Below are positions 30,225 to 39,243 of a stretch of DNA of 64,000 nt, piece after piece. The notes below the pieces were generated by a model. It did not search any database. It was not told where the DNA came from and worked only from the letters and a program-made list of their open reading frames with translations. Every line of letters begins with the position of its first letter. Positions within the stretch are counted from its first letter, which is position 1. The position numbers were made by a program, and so were the translations under genes. Source of the stretch: a virus; IMG/VR virus record IMGVR_UViG_3300021468_000001, positions 1-64,000 of that record; one strand, 5' to 3'.

Positions 30225-31772
30225 ATGCCGAGTCGAAAAGTGTTTCCGCCTCAACTCCTTCCGGAAAAGTCTAAGGGAGTTCTCAAAAGCATAGAGGATG
30301 GAACTGATGAAAGAAAAAAAGAGCGCCTTTTGCAAGACTATCAGAAGATGCGAGACTGTCCTACCATTAGGTTCTGTTTTTTTCTTATTTCCTTGCCGAT
30401 TCGTAGAGCAAGAATTACGTATCAGCATCCAGATGCCGAAATACGAGAGTTTGTGAACAGGAACCTCGCAATTATTAGGCGAAACCTTACTGAGCATATC
30501 CTTGCTGGTCTTGAATTTGGGTTCGCACCATTCGAGAAACGATTTCAGGTAATTGACTCGCGAGTTTTTTACAAAGAGTTTTTGCCGCTTCGTCCCTGGC
30601 ATGTGAAAGTCTTGACAGATGGAGTATCTTTCAAAGGAATGAGGCTTTTTAAGCAGCCGATTTATCATGGTGAAGGCGGTTCATTTGTTGAGATTCCGCC
30701 GAGAAAAAGCTTTATCTATACCCATCAATTCAGATTCATGGACTTTCGAGGCGAATCACTCTACCGTTCAGCGCGGATTCCTTGGCTTCTTTGGAAAGAA
30801 GTGGTACGACTTCACGCGCACACCATGCAGGACCATGCACTTCCGCCGCTTGAGGCGAGAGCGCCTGATGCTGTTCTTACCATAAACTATGATGATAGGG
30901 TTGAACAAATAACTGCTCGCGAGTTGATGATAAGGGTAGCAGAGGCGATTCGGTCGAGGTCGTCCTATTTGCTGCCTCCCGACGAGGATTATGGGATTGA
31001 GGCGAAACAAACTGCGCGACAGTGGGACTATGAGAAAGATTACGACCTTTGTGAGCGGATGATTGCTCAATCTTTATTGACGCCGAGAGACCTTTTTAGG
31101 GAAGGTGGCGGATCCTATGCAAAAGCGTACGTCCAGTCGCATTGGTTTGCTGGGATTGTAGATGCTATAGTCGAGGAAATTATATCTTTCGTGTTCTCAT
31201 TTGCGATAGTCCCCATCGTCCGCTATAACTTTGCGAAATACCAGGATCCCGCAATTCATGATTTTGGCAGGCTTTCGTATGAAAGCTTGTCACTGAAAGA
31301 CATTGACTTTCTTCAGAAACTTGCGTTGACGATGGTAAAAGAAGGGTTTGCAGATGAAGTACCGGAACCGGCAGAAATTTTGAAGCGCCTTCACGTACCA
31401 ATCAAAACCCGCCCGGGCAAGCCGTTGCTTTCGATGCCAATATCAAAGGCATCGCTTTTCGAGAGTCTGAGAAAAGAACTATTTGCAGAGATTGCCCGAA
31501 CGAAAGAAGAGCTTGGGTTCTCCGAATACATTTCTGTTCCACCTCAAGTGATGGCATTCTTGAAAAATTTTGCCGGGAAAACAATGGACCTCGTTGAGGA
31601 AAGTACGGATCGCGATGCCGTCTTGTCGGATGCGTTGCTTAAGGCGCATTCACTTGCTCGTGCTTTGACGTATACTGCTCTTGGTTCTAAGGTCTGGAGG
31701 GTTGATACTCATGACGATTCTGGATCTATTGAAAGTCCCGCCAGAGAAATACTCGCCTCAAAAGATAAGTGA
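30225..31772 (+). CDS. Portal protein (DUF935/Mu gp29-like)
   Basis: Follows terL; LEFGFAPFEK, GESLYRSARIPWLLWK, GGSYA. Confidence 0.88.
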   Translation: MPSRKVFPPQLLPEKSKGVLKSIEDGTDERKKERLLQDYQKMRDCPTIRFCFFLISLPIRRARITYQHPDAEIREFVNRNLAIIRRNLTEHILAGLEFGFAPFEKRFQVIDSRVFYKEFLPLRPWHVKVLTDGVSFKGMRLFKQPIYHGEGGSFVEIPPRKSFIYTHQFRFMDFRGESLYRSARIPWLLWKEVVRLHAHTMQDHALPPLEARAPDAVLTINYDDRVEQITARELMIRVAEAIRSRSSYLLPPDEDYGIEAKQTARQWDYEKDYDLCERMIAQSLLTPRDLFREGGGSYAKAYVQSHWFAGIVDAIVEEIISFVFSFAIVPIVRYNFAKYQDPAIHDFGRLSYESLSLKDIDFLQKLALTMVKEGFADEVPEPAEILKRLHVPIKTRPGKPLLSMPISKASLFESLRKELFAEIARTKEELGFSEYISVPPQVMAFLKNFAGKTMDLVEESTDRDAVLSDALLKAHSLARALTYTALGSKVWRVDTHDDSGSIESPAREILASKDK

Positions 31773-33495
31773 CAGCGAACTCAAATATGATTTGACGTTG
31801 GCTGTGTCTTGGGGTACGAAAGGCGCTCCGGACATAAGACAGAAGGCTCAGAAATACGCGCTCAAGATCATCCCTGAACTTCTGAAACGAGGGAAAGTCA
31901 CATTTCATTTTGAGTCCTGGAAAGAAGCGCCGCGCAAATTTTTGGTCGAAATCTTCAAGCGCCTTTTTACTTCAGGGATCTATCTTGTTCCCCCGCATGG
32001 CGAGATGATCTACAAGGGCCGAAAGACGGCAATTGTTAAGGTCAAACCAGATCAAAGACTCCCGGAAACGTTTTCTGTTCTCGTGAGCGGGAAACACGCT
32101 TTCGGGTTCATACGAGCGAAGGAATCTCGTGAGATTACCGTCGCCGAGTTCCAACGGCTCAAGAAGTATCACCGCATCACCGAAGATGAGCGAAACTCGT
32201 GGTGGCCGAACAAGGAGAAATTCCAGTACTATGAGATTCGCGATTTTTTGCCTTTTGAAAAGCCTCATCCGGTTGAGGTCGTTCATGGGATCCAGACGAG
32301 GATAAAGAAAGTGAGTTTCGACGATGCGTCGTGGGATGATTTCGATGAAGCAGGGGTTGTTTTTCTGGAGAGGCGGAGTCGAATTTACAAGCCATTTAAC
32401 TTCTATATGGGATCACATTTCCAGTATGGACTTCTGAAAAGCCTACTGCGGAAGCAAGACTGGGACCTCTACTGTGAGCCGTTCTGTGGTTCGGCCAGCG
32501 TTTTTTGGGGTCTCCGCCGCGACATTGGAAATGATTTTAAGGCAATCCTTTCCGATTTACACCCGACTGTCATTTTCATATTTCGCTTTCTGAAAGGGTT
32601 GACGCCTGAACAAGCAAAGCGCGTCCGGCAGAAGAACTGCAAGTTCAGTGTTGCTCGATACAAAGAATTCAGGAAATCGAAATTTCAAGATCCTGTCGAT
32701 GAGTTCTTCAGGGCGATCTATGTAGCGCATTTTTCATTCGGCGGTTTGAGAGTTGTTCCTGAAAAGGCTTCTTTGATAGTTGCCGAAAACAGGATATCTA
32801 CTTCTTTAGCAATAAAGAGTTGCGAAAGAAGGCTCAGGTCAACGATCGAAAGGCTTGAATATTTTCGAGACGCGTTGAAAAACACCACTGTTTTACAGGA
32901 TGATGCTCTCGTCGTGATCGAAAAGTTCAATTCGAGCAAAACATTTTTCTACATCGACCCGCCATATCAGAAATGGTCTATGAAGGATGAAGGGGGGAAA
33001 GATGGTTTGATTGCAAGGATCCCGGCCTTCAATCGCGTTTTGAAATCGATCAAGGGCCGGTTCATCATGGAGACTACAGGGGAAAGTCCAATTCTACATG
33101 GGATCAAAGGCTTTCATAGAAAGAAAATCGTGCGCAAATCGCCACTCAAATCAGAGAAGAATCTTTCGTTTGTATTTCTTTCTAACTTCCCCATCGATCC
33201 GAAGCTTTCTGTTGTCTTGGATGATGAACCGGAAGATCTTGATGCTTTGCTCGAACGGCTTTCCGAATTGAGTCCGTTCGAGCTGATTTGCATTCACGGA
33301 TGGTTGCATGGCGAGGCTGATCAAGAAGATCCAATACCGCAGCATATTGCGATGGCGCATCTTCTTCTTGTTTCCAGAATGAAACAGATAGGAATGGAAC
33401 ACCGCTGGGAATCGTTTCTTGATGAAGAAAGCGAGATGCTTGCCGCGAAGGCACAGATGATTACTGGCGCTGATTTGGAAGGGGAGGCTTACTGA
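31711..33495 (+). CDS. Multidomain protein: ASCH-like domain plus Dam/D12-class adenine methyltransferase
   Basis: LVPPHGEMIYKGRKTAIVK; YCEPFCGSASV; FYIDPPY; ATG 31711 follows GGAGG. Confidence 0.85.
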   Translation: MTILDLLKVPPEKYSPQKISDSELKYDLTLAVSWGTKGAPDIRQKAQKYALKIIPELLKRGKVTFHFESWKEAPRKFLVEIFKRLFTSGIYLVPPHGEMIYKGRKTAIVKVKPDQRLPETFSVLVSGKHAFGFIRAKESREITVAEFQRLKKYHRITEDERNSWWPNKEKFQYYEIRDFLPFEKPHPVEVVHGIQTRIKKVSFDDASWDDFDEAGVVFLERRSRIYKPFNFYMGSHFQYGLLKSLLRKQDWDLYCEPFCGSASVFWGLRRDIGNDFKAILSDLHPTVIFIFRFLKGLTPEQAKRVRQKNCKFSVARYKEFRKSKFQDPVDEFFRAIYVAHFSFGGLRVVPEKASLIVAENRISTSLAIKSCERRLRSTIERLEYFRDALKNTTVLQDDALVVIEKFNSSKTFFYIDPPYQKWSMKDEGGKDGLIARIPAFNRVLKSIKGRFIMETTGESPILHGIKGFHRKKIVRKSPLKSEKNLSFVFLSNFPIDPKLSVVLDDEPEDLDALLERLSELSPFELICIHGWLHGEADQEDPIPQHIAMAHLLLVSRMKQIGMEHRWESFLDEESEMLAAKAQMITGADLEGEAY

Positions 33496-36362
33496 TGGGG
33501 TCCGACCAAAAGAAAATTCATGCTTCGGAGTTCTTTGCGAGACTTCCTTTTTATAAGATTGTATTCAAAGACTATCTGAAGTTGGTCGGGTCGGTGGCCA
33601 TTTCCGGGGCGGGGAACGATCTTGACGTTTTGATTGACGGAGAGCCGTTGCGCGCTGTTGAGTTTAATTTGAAACGAATGTTCCCGCCATCTATCGCAGA
33701 ACGCCTCCATGTTTTTCACGATCAAGGGCCTTTCACATCTTATATCCCCCTTGCAGATCTGGTTTTGCAATTCAAACCGCCTATGGTTGAGTCGCTTTCT
33801 GTTGGCAAGTCGCTTGAACCGGAGGGTAGAAAATCTGCTCGTGAAGACAAGGTTGTTCCTTTTCGGTTTTTCTTTCCGCAGAAGACTAGAGCAGGATACC
33901 ACAAGCGTGAGTTTTTTACGGTCGAAGATGCACTGGAAGTTGCTGAGTCAAAATGGTACCCGTGGGTCGGAGAAGAGAAACTAGATGGAATGCTGTGGGA
34001 GGTTCATAAAGTAGGAGACCGGGTTGAGGTCTTTTCTGAAGATGGACGGGAGGTTAATATCAACCAGGCTGGTCCTTTGATAAACGAGATTCGCTCGCAG
34101 CCAGAAGATTTTGTTGCGGTTGGAGAATTGGAGACTTGGCTTGCTCCTGATGCGGCAAAAAAGTTTGGTGAAGAGGTAACTTCGCAAAAAATGTTCAAGG
34201 GGAAGGTTCATGTGGGACGAGCAAAAACTACAGGATACATCCACTCAAGTAAATTTGATCGTGAGTTTGCCGAAGGGCTAAGGCTTACCTTTCATACTCT
34301 TGTTTGGTGGGGGCGCGACGGAAAAGATGATTTCCACAAGAAGCCAGAGATTGAAAGGCTGAAAATCCTTGATAGAATTGTAAAAGAGGGAGAGCACATC
34401 CGAAAGGTTTATTGGCGACTTCTAAAACGCCCAAAAGATGTAAGGCGGTTTTGGGTGGGTGTGTTGCGCGAGCGGGGTTATCTCGAAGGAATCATGCTGA
34501 AGCCGGCAATGGAACGATACTATTTGAATCCTAACCAGGGTCACTGGGTAAAGGTTAAAAAACTATACGAATTGAAAGTTCGTATCCTTGCCCGTGAACG
34601 CGGGAAGACAAAAGAGGGTGTCCCCCTGAACGTTTATCGTTTTGCCTGTGCAATCGAGGGCAAGAAGGGGAATCCGGTTTGGATCGGGTGGACATACCAT
34701 AGGAGGTTCAAAAAAGTTCCGAAGGTTGGTGATGTAATTGAAGTTCGCTTCCAGAATCTTAACAAGTACACCGATCCCAAAACAGGGAAAATTTGGATGA
34801 ACTGGTGGTGCCCGGTTGTTGTGTCCGATGAGCCGGAAAGTGCACAGCCAGACTCCGTCGTAATTGCCGAAAGAATGGTTGCGGCAAGCAAGGGCGACGT
34901 TTCGACGAAGCGCCCACCCAAGGATGTGAGAGATATAATGCGGGGGGTTGGTGTCGAATTCCAAATGACATCTGATGAGGTACTCGAAATTTTGGAAAGG
35001 ACGCCGCCCCTCGATTCTACAAACCTTGCAAAAGTTAGTAAGAATCCCGCGATGCCAAAAGAGATGGTGGAGGCAATAGAAAAAGCGCGCTCGTTTTCGG
35101 TTGACAAGCAGGTTCAGGTTGCAAAATCTAGAAATTACGGAAAGATTCCGCCGCACTTTGGAGTCTTTCAACTCCATTTCAGAGGTAAAAGTTTGCACAT
35201 TGACTTTAGGTTTCTCCTGCCAGATCGGGCCAGTTGGTCAGGAAAGACAATCCTTAACCAGATTGAGGGCGTTCCAAGCGAGCCCGTTACGGCGATTGAA
35301 GAAGCGAAACGTTTTGCCAATATGATTCTAAAGAAAAAAGCCGAAGTGTCGAAATTTTATCCGGGGATGCCATCTGGCCAGGGAGTTGTTGTTATTCCAA
35401 AGTTTGAAGGGAAGTCTTCGTTTTTGGAATGGCTGGTTTTAGGTGCAGCGAAAGTAGATTGGCCGCACGCAGGCGCAACAAAAGAGTTTCCTGGCGTTTT
35501 CTACCCGCTAGATTTTGGATGGCATATGCAGACTGTAGATAAGCCTTGGTTTGAAGAGCATTGGATTTTCTTTAAGCACTTTCGGGGTAGATTGGTATTT
35601 CGTGCGCTACCGGCGAGCAAGAAGTATAAAGGAAGGATCGGGAAAGCGCCGATCTTTTGGCGAGCGCACTTTGCCAATCCTGAATCCCCGCCGTATGTCT
35701 TTTCGCGCTCTTTCTTTGATGACCCAGAAGATTGGGTACCCGTTGACTCTGCGCTCCCGCCTCATTGGGAGGCCGTTGTTCCGAAAGACCTCCGTTGGTG
35801 GGAACAATCGTACTCAAAAAAGAAAAGGCTGTCGATGATTGTCGAAGCGCATAATGCATTGATCGAGCAGGGATACTTAAAGGGAAGGCCTATTTCACTA
35901 TCTTCTAGTCTTGAGCGTGCAAAGTGGGTGCTCCATGAAATTTCATGGAAAGGGCCTATTCATGTGCGAGGGGAGTGGATAAGTACATATTACTTGCGTC
36001 TTTTTGGCCCGAATGGCATCGAGACGTTTGCGGGAAGCGACAACCCCTTACTGGCTGCAAAGGGAACGAAAATCCCAATGCGGAAACTTCCGGCTGATGA
36101 GGTACCCTTACCGCCACAGGGGAAGGATCAGGATGATTGGCTTCGGTTTGAAGGGAAAATTCCCCCGAAGAGGGCGGACAACCCAAATTTGGAAATTGAA
36201 GCTGACTGCTCTATCATCGAGTCTGGGGTTGCCGAAATAGAGCGTGATGCTTCACTTCGACGAATTCTTTTAAGACTTGAAGGAGAGAACTTAAAAGGAT
36301 ACTATACTCTACAGCGAGAAGGGAAAGGTTCGCCGCTCTTCTCGTTTGAGAAAGTCAAGTAG
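33495..36362 (+). CDS. Fusion of pol-beta-type nucleotidyltransferase, ATP-dependent DNA ligase and two LigD-type 3'-phosphoesterase-like domains
   Basis: LVGS...NDLDVL; EEKLDG, EGIMLK, WVKVK; QLHFRGKSLHIDFR; WLRFEGKIPP...LEGENLKGYYTL. Confidence 0.85.
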   Translation: MGSDQKKIHASEFFARLPFYKIVFKDYLKLVGSVAISGAGNDLDVLIDGEPLRAVEFNLKRMFPPSIAERLHVFHDQGPFTSYIPLADLVLQFKPPMVESLSVGKSLEPEGRKSAREDKVVPFRFFFPQKTRAGYHKREFFTVEDALEVAESKWYPWVGEEKLDGMLWEVHKVGDRVEVFSEDGREVNINQAGPLINEIRSQPEDFVAVGELETWLAPDAAKKFGEEVTSQKMFKGKVHVGRAKTTGYIHSSKFDREFAEGLRLTFHTLVWWGRDGKDDFHKKPEIERLKILDRIVKEGEHIRKVYWRLLKRPKDVRRFWVGVLRERGYLEGIMLKPAMERYYLNPNQGHWVKVKKLYELKVRILARERGKTKEGVPLNVYRFACAIEGKKGNPVWIGWTYHRRFKKVPKVGDVIEVRFQNLNKYTDPKTGKIWMNWWCPVVVSDEPESAQPDSVVIAERMVAASKGDVSTKRPPKDVRDIMRGVGVEFQMTSDEVLEILERTPPLDSTNLAKVSKNPAMPKEMVEAIEKARSFSVDKQVQVAKSRNYGKIPPHFGVFQLHFRGKSLHIDFRFLLPDRASWSGKTILNQIEGVPSEPVTAIEEAKRFANMILKKKAEVSKFYPGMPSGQGVVVIPKFEGKSSFLEWLVLGAAKVDWPHAGATKEFPGVFYPLDFGWHMQTVDKPWFEEHWIFFKHFRGRLVFRALPASKKYKGRIGKAPIFWRAHFANPESPPYVFSRSFFDDPEDWVPVDSALPPHWEAVVPKDLRWWEQSYSKKKRLSMIVEAHNALIEQGYLKGRPISLSSSLERAKWVLHEISWKGPIHVRGEWISTYYLRLFGPNGIETFAGSDNPLLAAKGTKIPMRKLPADEVPLPPQGKDQDDWLRFEGKIPPKRADNPNLEIEADCSIIESGVAEIERDASLRRILLRLEGENLKGYYTLQREGKGSPLFSFEKVK

Positions 36363-36378
36363 TTTGGGGGTTTGAAGA

Positions 36379-38043
36379 ATGTCGGATCTGGACCTGGTCT
36401 TGAACCTTGGCGAGAGCGTGGAGTTTGAGGAAGTTGAGGGCGGGGCGCTTGTTGTAAAAAGGGTCCCGGCTCTCATTGAGGGTACGCACAAAGGACACGA
36501 GTTTACACCAGATATTATCGAAGAAACAGCCAAAAATATGCAGGATGTTACCGATGTGCAGTTGTTCAAGTCTCACGAAGAAGCGGAACAGAACCTAGTT
36601 GGTGGGGCAGTCAATTTCACTTTCGGTGAAAGTAATGGCAAGAAGGCGGTGCTTGCTGATCTTGTGATTGGCGATACCGATACCGCCACTCTCGTTAAAA
36701 ACCTCAAGAATTCTGGACTGAAAAACCTGGCAATCTCTCCGAGAGTTGACGTTTCTGAAAACAAAATCCTCCATGTTGCCCTTGTTTTGGAGCCTGCACA
36801 GGGTGAAGATGTTAGGCTAAAGGCTGACAAGGAGCCCGATGAAGAAGATCCCGAAGAAAAACCGGATGAAGAGCCGAAACAGAAAGAGAAGAAAATAGAG
36901 GAGAAGAAAGACGGTTCGTGGCCTGCATACACCCCTTATAAAACGTGGTGGGAAAATGTCAAGGCTATAATCTCTAAGACGCAGAACCCGGAGGAGGCGA
37001 TAAAGAAACTGAAAGAGCTTATCGAGAAAGCAGAAAAGGCTTGCCGGGGGAAAAACCAAGAGCGTCCATATCCGAACGTAAAAGCGGCGATGTCTTCGGG
37101 CGTTCAGGTTGTGGAAATGTTACCTTCGCCGTCAGTGAACTTTCAGCAGGCAACTGACAGTATCTATCGGGTCTTCCTTTTTGAAGAAGGTAAATATGTT
37201 TTTGGTGAAGACCGGTACCTCGTGGCGAACGCCAAAACATTCAAAGACTGGAAAGAAAGCCTTAGCTTGCTCAAGAAGGTTCCTGTTTTTCTTGGCCATC
37301 CGAAGAAGGGTGAGGAAAATGCTCCGGCCGTTGTTGGGTGGTTACTTGATGTCGATACAGAGGGCAAAAAGTGTTACGGGGTGATGGAAATTGTCGAAAA
37401 AGAAGTTGCCGATGCGATTGATAAAGGCAAGATTCTCGGAGTTTCAGTAGGGACAATGCCGCTGCGCCGAACCGAAGATGGTAACTTTATTTCGAATGCC
37501 CTCGACCATGTTGCCCTAACCGTTGATCCTGTTCTGAGGCAAACATTGGAGGAGGGATTTGAGAAGTTGGAACGCTATGTTGCTTCTGAGGAAGAGAAGG
37601 AGTATGTCGAGGGGTCGCTGGAAAGAATTGTTGATGAAGAAGAGGTAAGCCGTCTCAGAAGGGAAATCGAGGAGCAAAAACAGAAACTTAGCGAGGTAGT
37701 GAAGCGCCTTATGGCAACTGAAAATGAAAAGGCGAAGAGGGACCGAGAAGCAATAGATGAGCTTTTCAATAAGGCCATTGCTGAAGGAAGGATAACTCCG
37801 GCAGAAGTGACCTTGCGAAAGCCGGTTTACTACCAACTCCTTAACCTCAGGCGTCCCGTAAAAGTCGGGGATGAGGAAATCTCAGTTGTGGAGATGCTTC
37901 AAAGGGAGTTGGCGGTTCGCAAATCGGAATCGCTTGAGCCGGTCAACCAGTCGCAGGAAGCAAAGGCGTTCAATATCGAGAGCCTAATAGGGCTTCCACC
38001 GGATGAGTTCGTTTCGAAATTGAGGGATGTTTTCGGGGATTAA
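36379..38043 (+). CDS. Prohead protease/scaffold with two tandem Mu gpI-like protease domains
   Basis: KSHE..ISP..HVALVLEPA and LGHP..VSV..HVALTVDPV; coiled-coil C-terminus with EGRITPAE. Confidence 0.8.
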   Translation: MSDLDLVLNLGESVEFEEVEGGALVVKRVPALIEGTHKGHEFTPDIIEETAKNMQDVTDVQLFKSHEEAEQNLVGGAVNFTFGESNGKKAVLADLVIGDTDTATLVKNLKNSGLKNLAISPRVDVSENKILHVALVLEPAQGEDVRLKADKEPDEEDPEEKPDEEPKQKEKKIEEKKDGSWPAYTPYKTWWENVKAIISKTQNPEEAIKKLKELIEKAEKACRGKNQERPYPNVKAAMSSGVQVVEMLPSPSVNFQQATDSIYRVFLFEEGKYVFGEDRYLVANAKTFKDWKESLSLLKKVPVFLGHPKKGEENAPAVVGWLLDVDTEGKKCYGVMEIVEKEVADAIDKGKILGVSVGTMPLRRTEDGNFISNALDHVALTVDPVLRQTLEEGFEKLERYVASEEEKEYVEGSLERIVDEEEVSRLRREIEEQKQKLSEVVKRLMATENEKAKRDREAIDELFNKAIAEGRITPAEVTLRKPVYYQLLNLRRPVKVGDEEISVVEMLQRELAVRKSESLEPVNQSQEAKAFNIESLIGLPPDEFVSKLRDVFGD

Positions 38044-38058
38044 AAAGGAGGAACCGAG

Positions 38059-39147
38059 ATGATTCAGGTTGCTAAGGATGCTTTTATCGTAAGACCGTTT
38101 GAGGACCTTCTGAGTGTAGCAAATTTCGGTGAGGAAGTTATGGCGCAGTTTGCAAACTACACCCAGGCTATGAAAAAGGCAGACCTCACCGACAAGCTGA
38201 TTCAGCCGCTCTTTTCGGCGCGGACTATTCAGGATCTTCAAACGACATCTGCGCTTCTTGACCTAGCGCGAAAGATGGTCAAGATTAGCTGGAAGGGGCA
38301 GGGAGACCCCCTTCAGGTTCCCTATATCGACTATCTGAGTGGATCCGGTGTTTCTGAGGGAACCTCAACTGAGGGTTCTGAGGAAAAACTTTCGGTGACA
38401 ATGAAGTCGGTGGCTCTTGCCGAAAAGGCCCATTCAACGGCCTGGACGAGACATGCAGGGCGGCTGGCGCGATACTCTGTGCTGGAAGCGTCTCGTGAGG
38501 CGCTCAAAGATTGGGCAGTTCGAAAGATAGAGGCTGATATTCGTACCTCGCTTCAGACTTCGATCACTCAAATCATACGTCCGAATGATAAAGGTTCTGA
38601 TGAGGCAATGACCGCTACCGATGTTCTGGACACCGAGACGATTCGTCAGGCGCGGTGGATTCTTTGGAAGAAGAGGGCGGCCAGTTTCTCGCCTAAGGAC
38701 GTGGATACCGAGGGTAAGATGAAAAAGTCGATGGGGACGTACGTTCTCATTTGCCCGGGCGAGTTGCTTAAAGACCTCGAGGATGATACCGATTTTAAGA
38801 ATGCTCAGGAGAAAGCTGCCGACCTTGCGCGTGGATTCTCGCCGTGGGAAGGCGATATTTATCTCTATAAGGGCGTTCTTATCGTGAAGGGCGATCCGAG
38901 AATCTGGACGACTGAGACCATTTCGGCCGGGTACTCGTACAAGATGGCTCGTGCCCTAATGCTCGGGTCCGACGCTTTTGTCTTAGGCCTTGGCCAGCCG
39001 GAAGGCGAAAACTTCCTGACCGTGACACCCGAGGAAAGCGATGGTGGCCGTTTGCAGCGGCTGGTTCTGTCCATCATATACGGAGTCGGGGTTATCCGGG
39101 CGACTTCGGGTGTTTGGATTCATGCGGCGACGCAAGACCTAATCTAA
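38059..39147 (+). CDS. Major capsid protein
   Basis: 362 aa after the scaffold, strong AAGGAGG RBS, terminator downstream, GDIYLYKGV and YGVGVIR patterns. Confidence 0.88.
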   Translation: MIQVAKDAFIVRPFEDLLSVANFGEEVMAQFANYTQAMKKADLTDKLIQPLFSARTIQDLQTTSALLDLARKMVKISWKGQGDPLQVPYIDYLSGSGVSEGTSTEGSEEKLSVTMKSVALAEKAHSTAWTRHAGRLARYSVLEASREALKDWAVRKIEADIRTSLQTSITQIIRPNDKGSDEAMTATDVLDTETIRQARWILWKKRAASFSPKDVDTEGKMKKSMGTYVLICPGELLKDLEDDTDFKNAQEKAADLARGFSPWEGDIYLYKGVLIVKGDPRIWTTETISAGYSYKMARALMLGSDAFVLGLGQPEGENFLTVTPEESDGGRLQRLVLSIIYGVGVIRATSGVWIHAATQDLI

Positions 39148-39170
39148 CCGGTTAGGTCGGCCCAGAGAGC

Positions 39171-39205
39171 GAGGAGGGGAGGATTTCCTCCCCTTCTCTT
39201 TTTTT
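39171..39205 (+). terminator. Intrinsic terminator after the capsid gene
   Basis: AGGGGAGG-ATTT-CCTCCCCT followed by a T-run. Confidence 0.8.
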
Positions 39206-39208
39206 CGC

Positions 39209-39237
39209 TTGACGGCGAAGTCCCAATCTGCTATCTT
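39209..39237 (+). promoter_or_regulatory. Sigma70-type promoter, predicted leaderless transcript
   Basis: TTGACG-17 nt-TATCTT with TGn; ATG starts 7 nt after the -10 and has no RBS. Confidence 0.65.
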
Positions 39238-39243
39238 CAAGTC

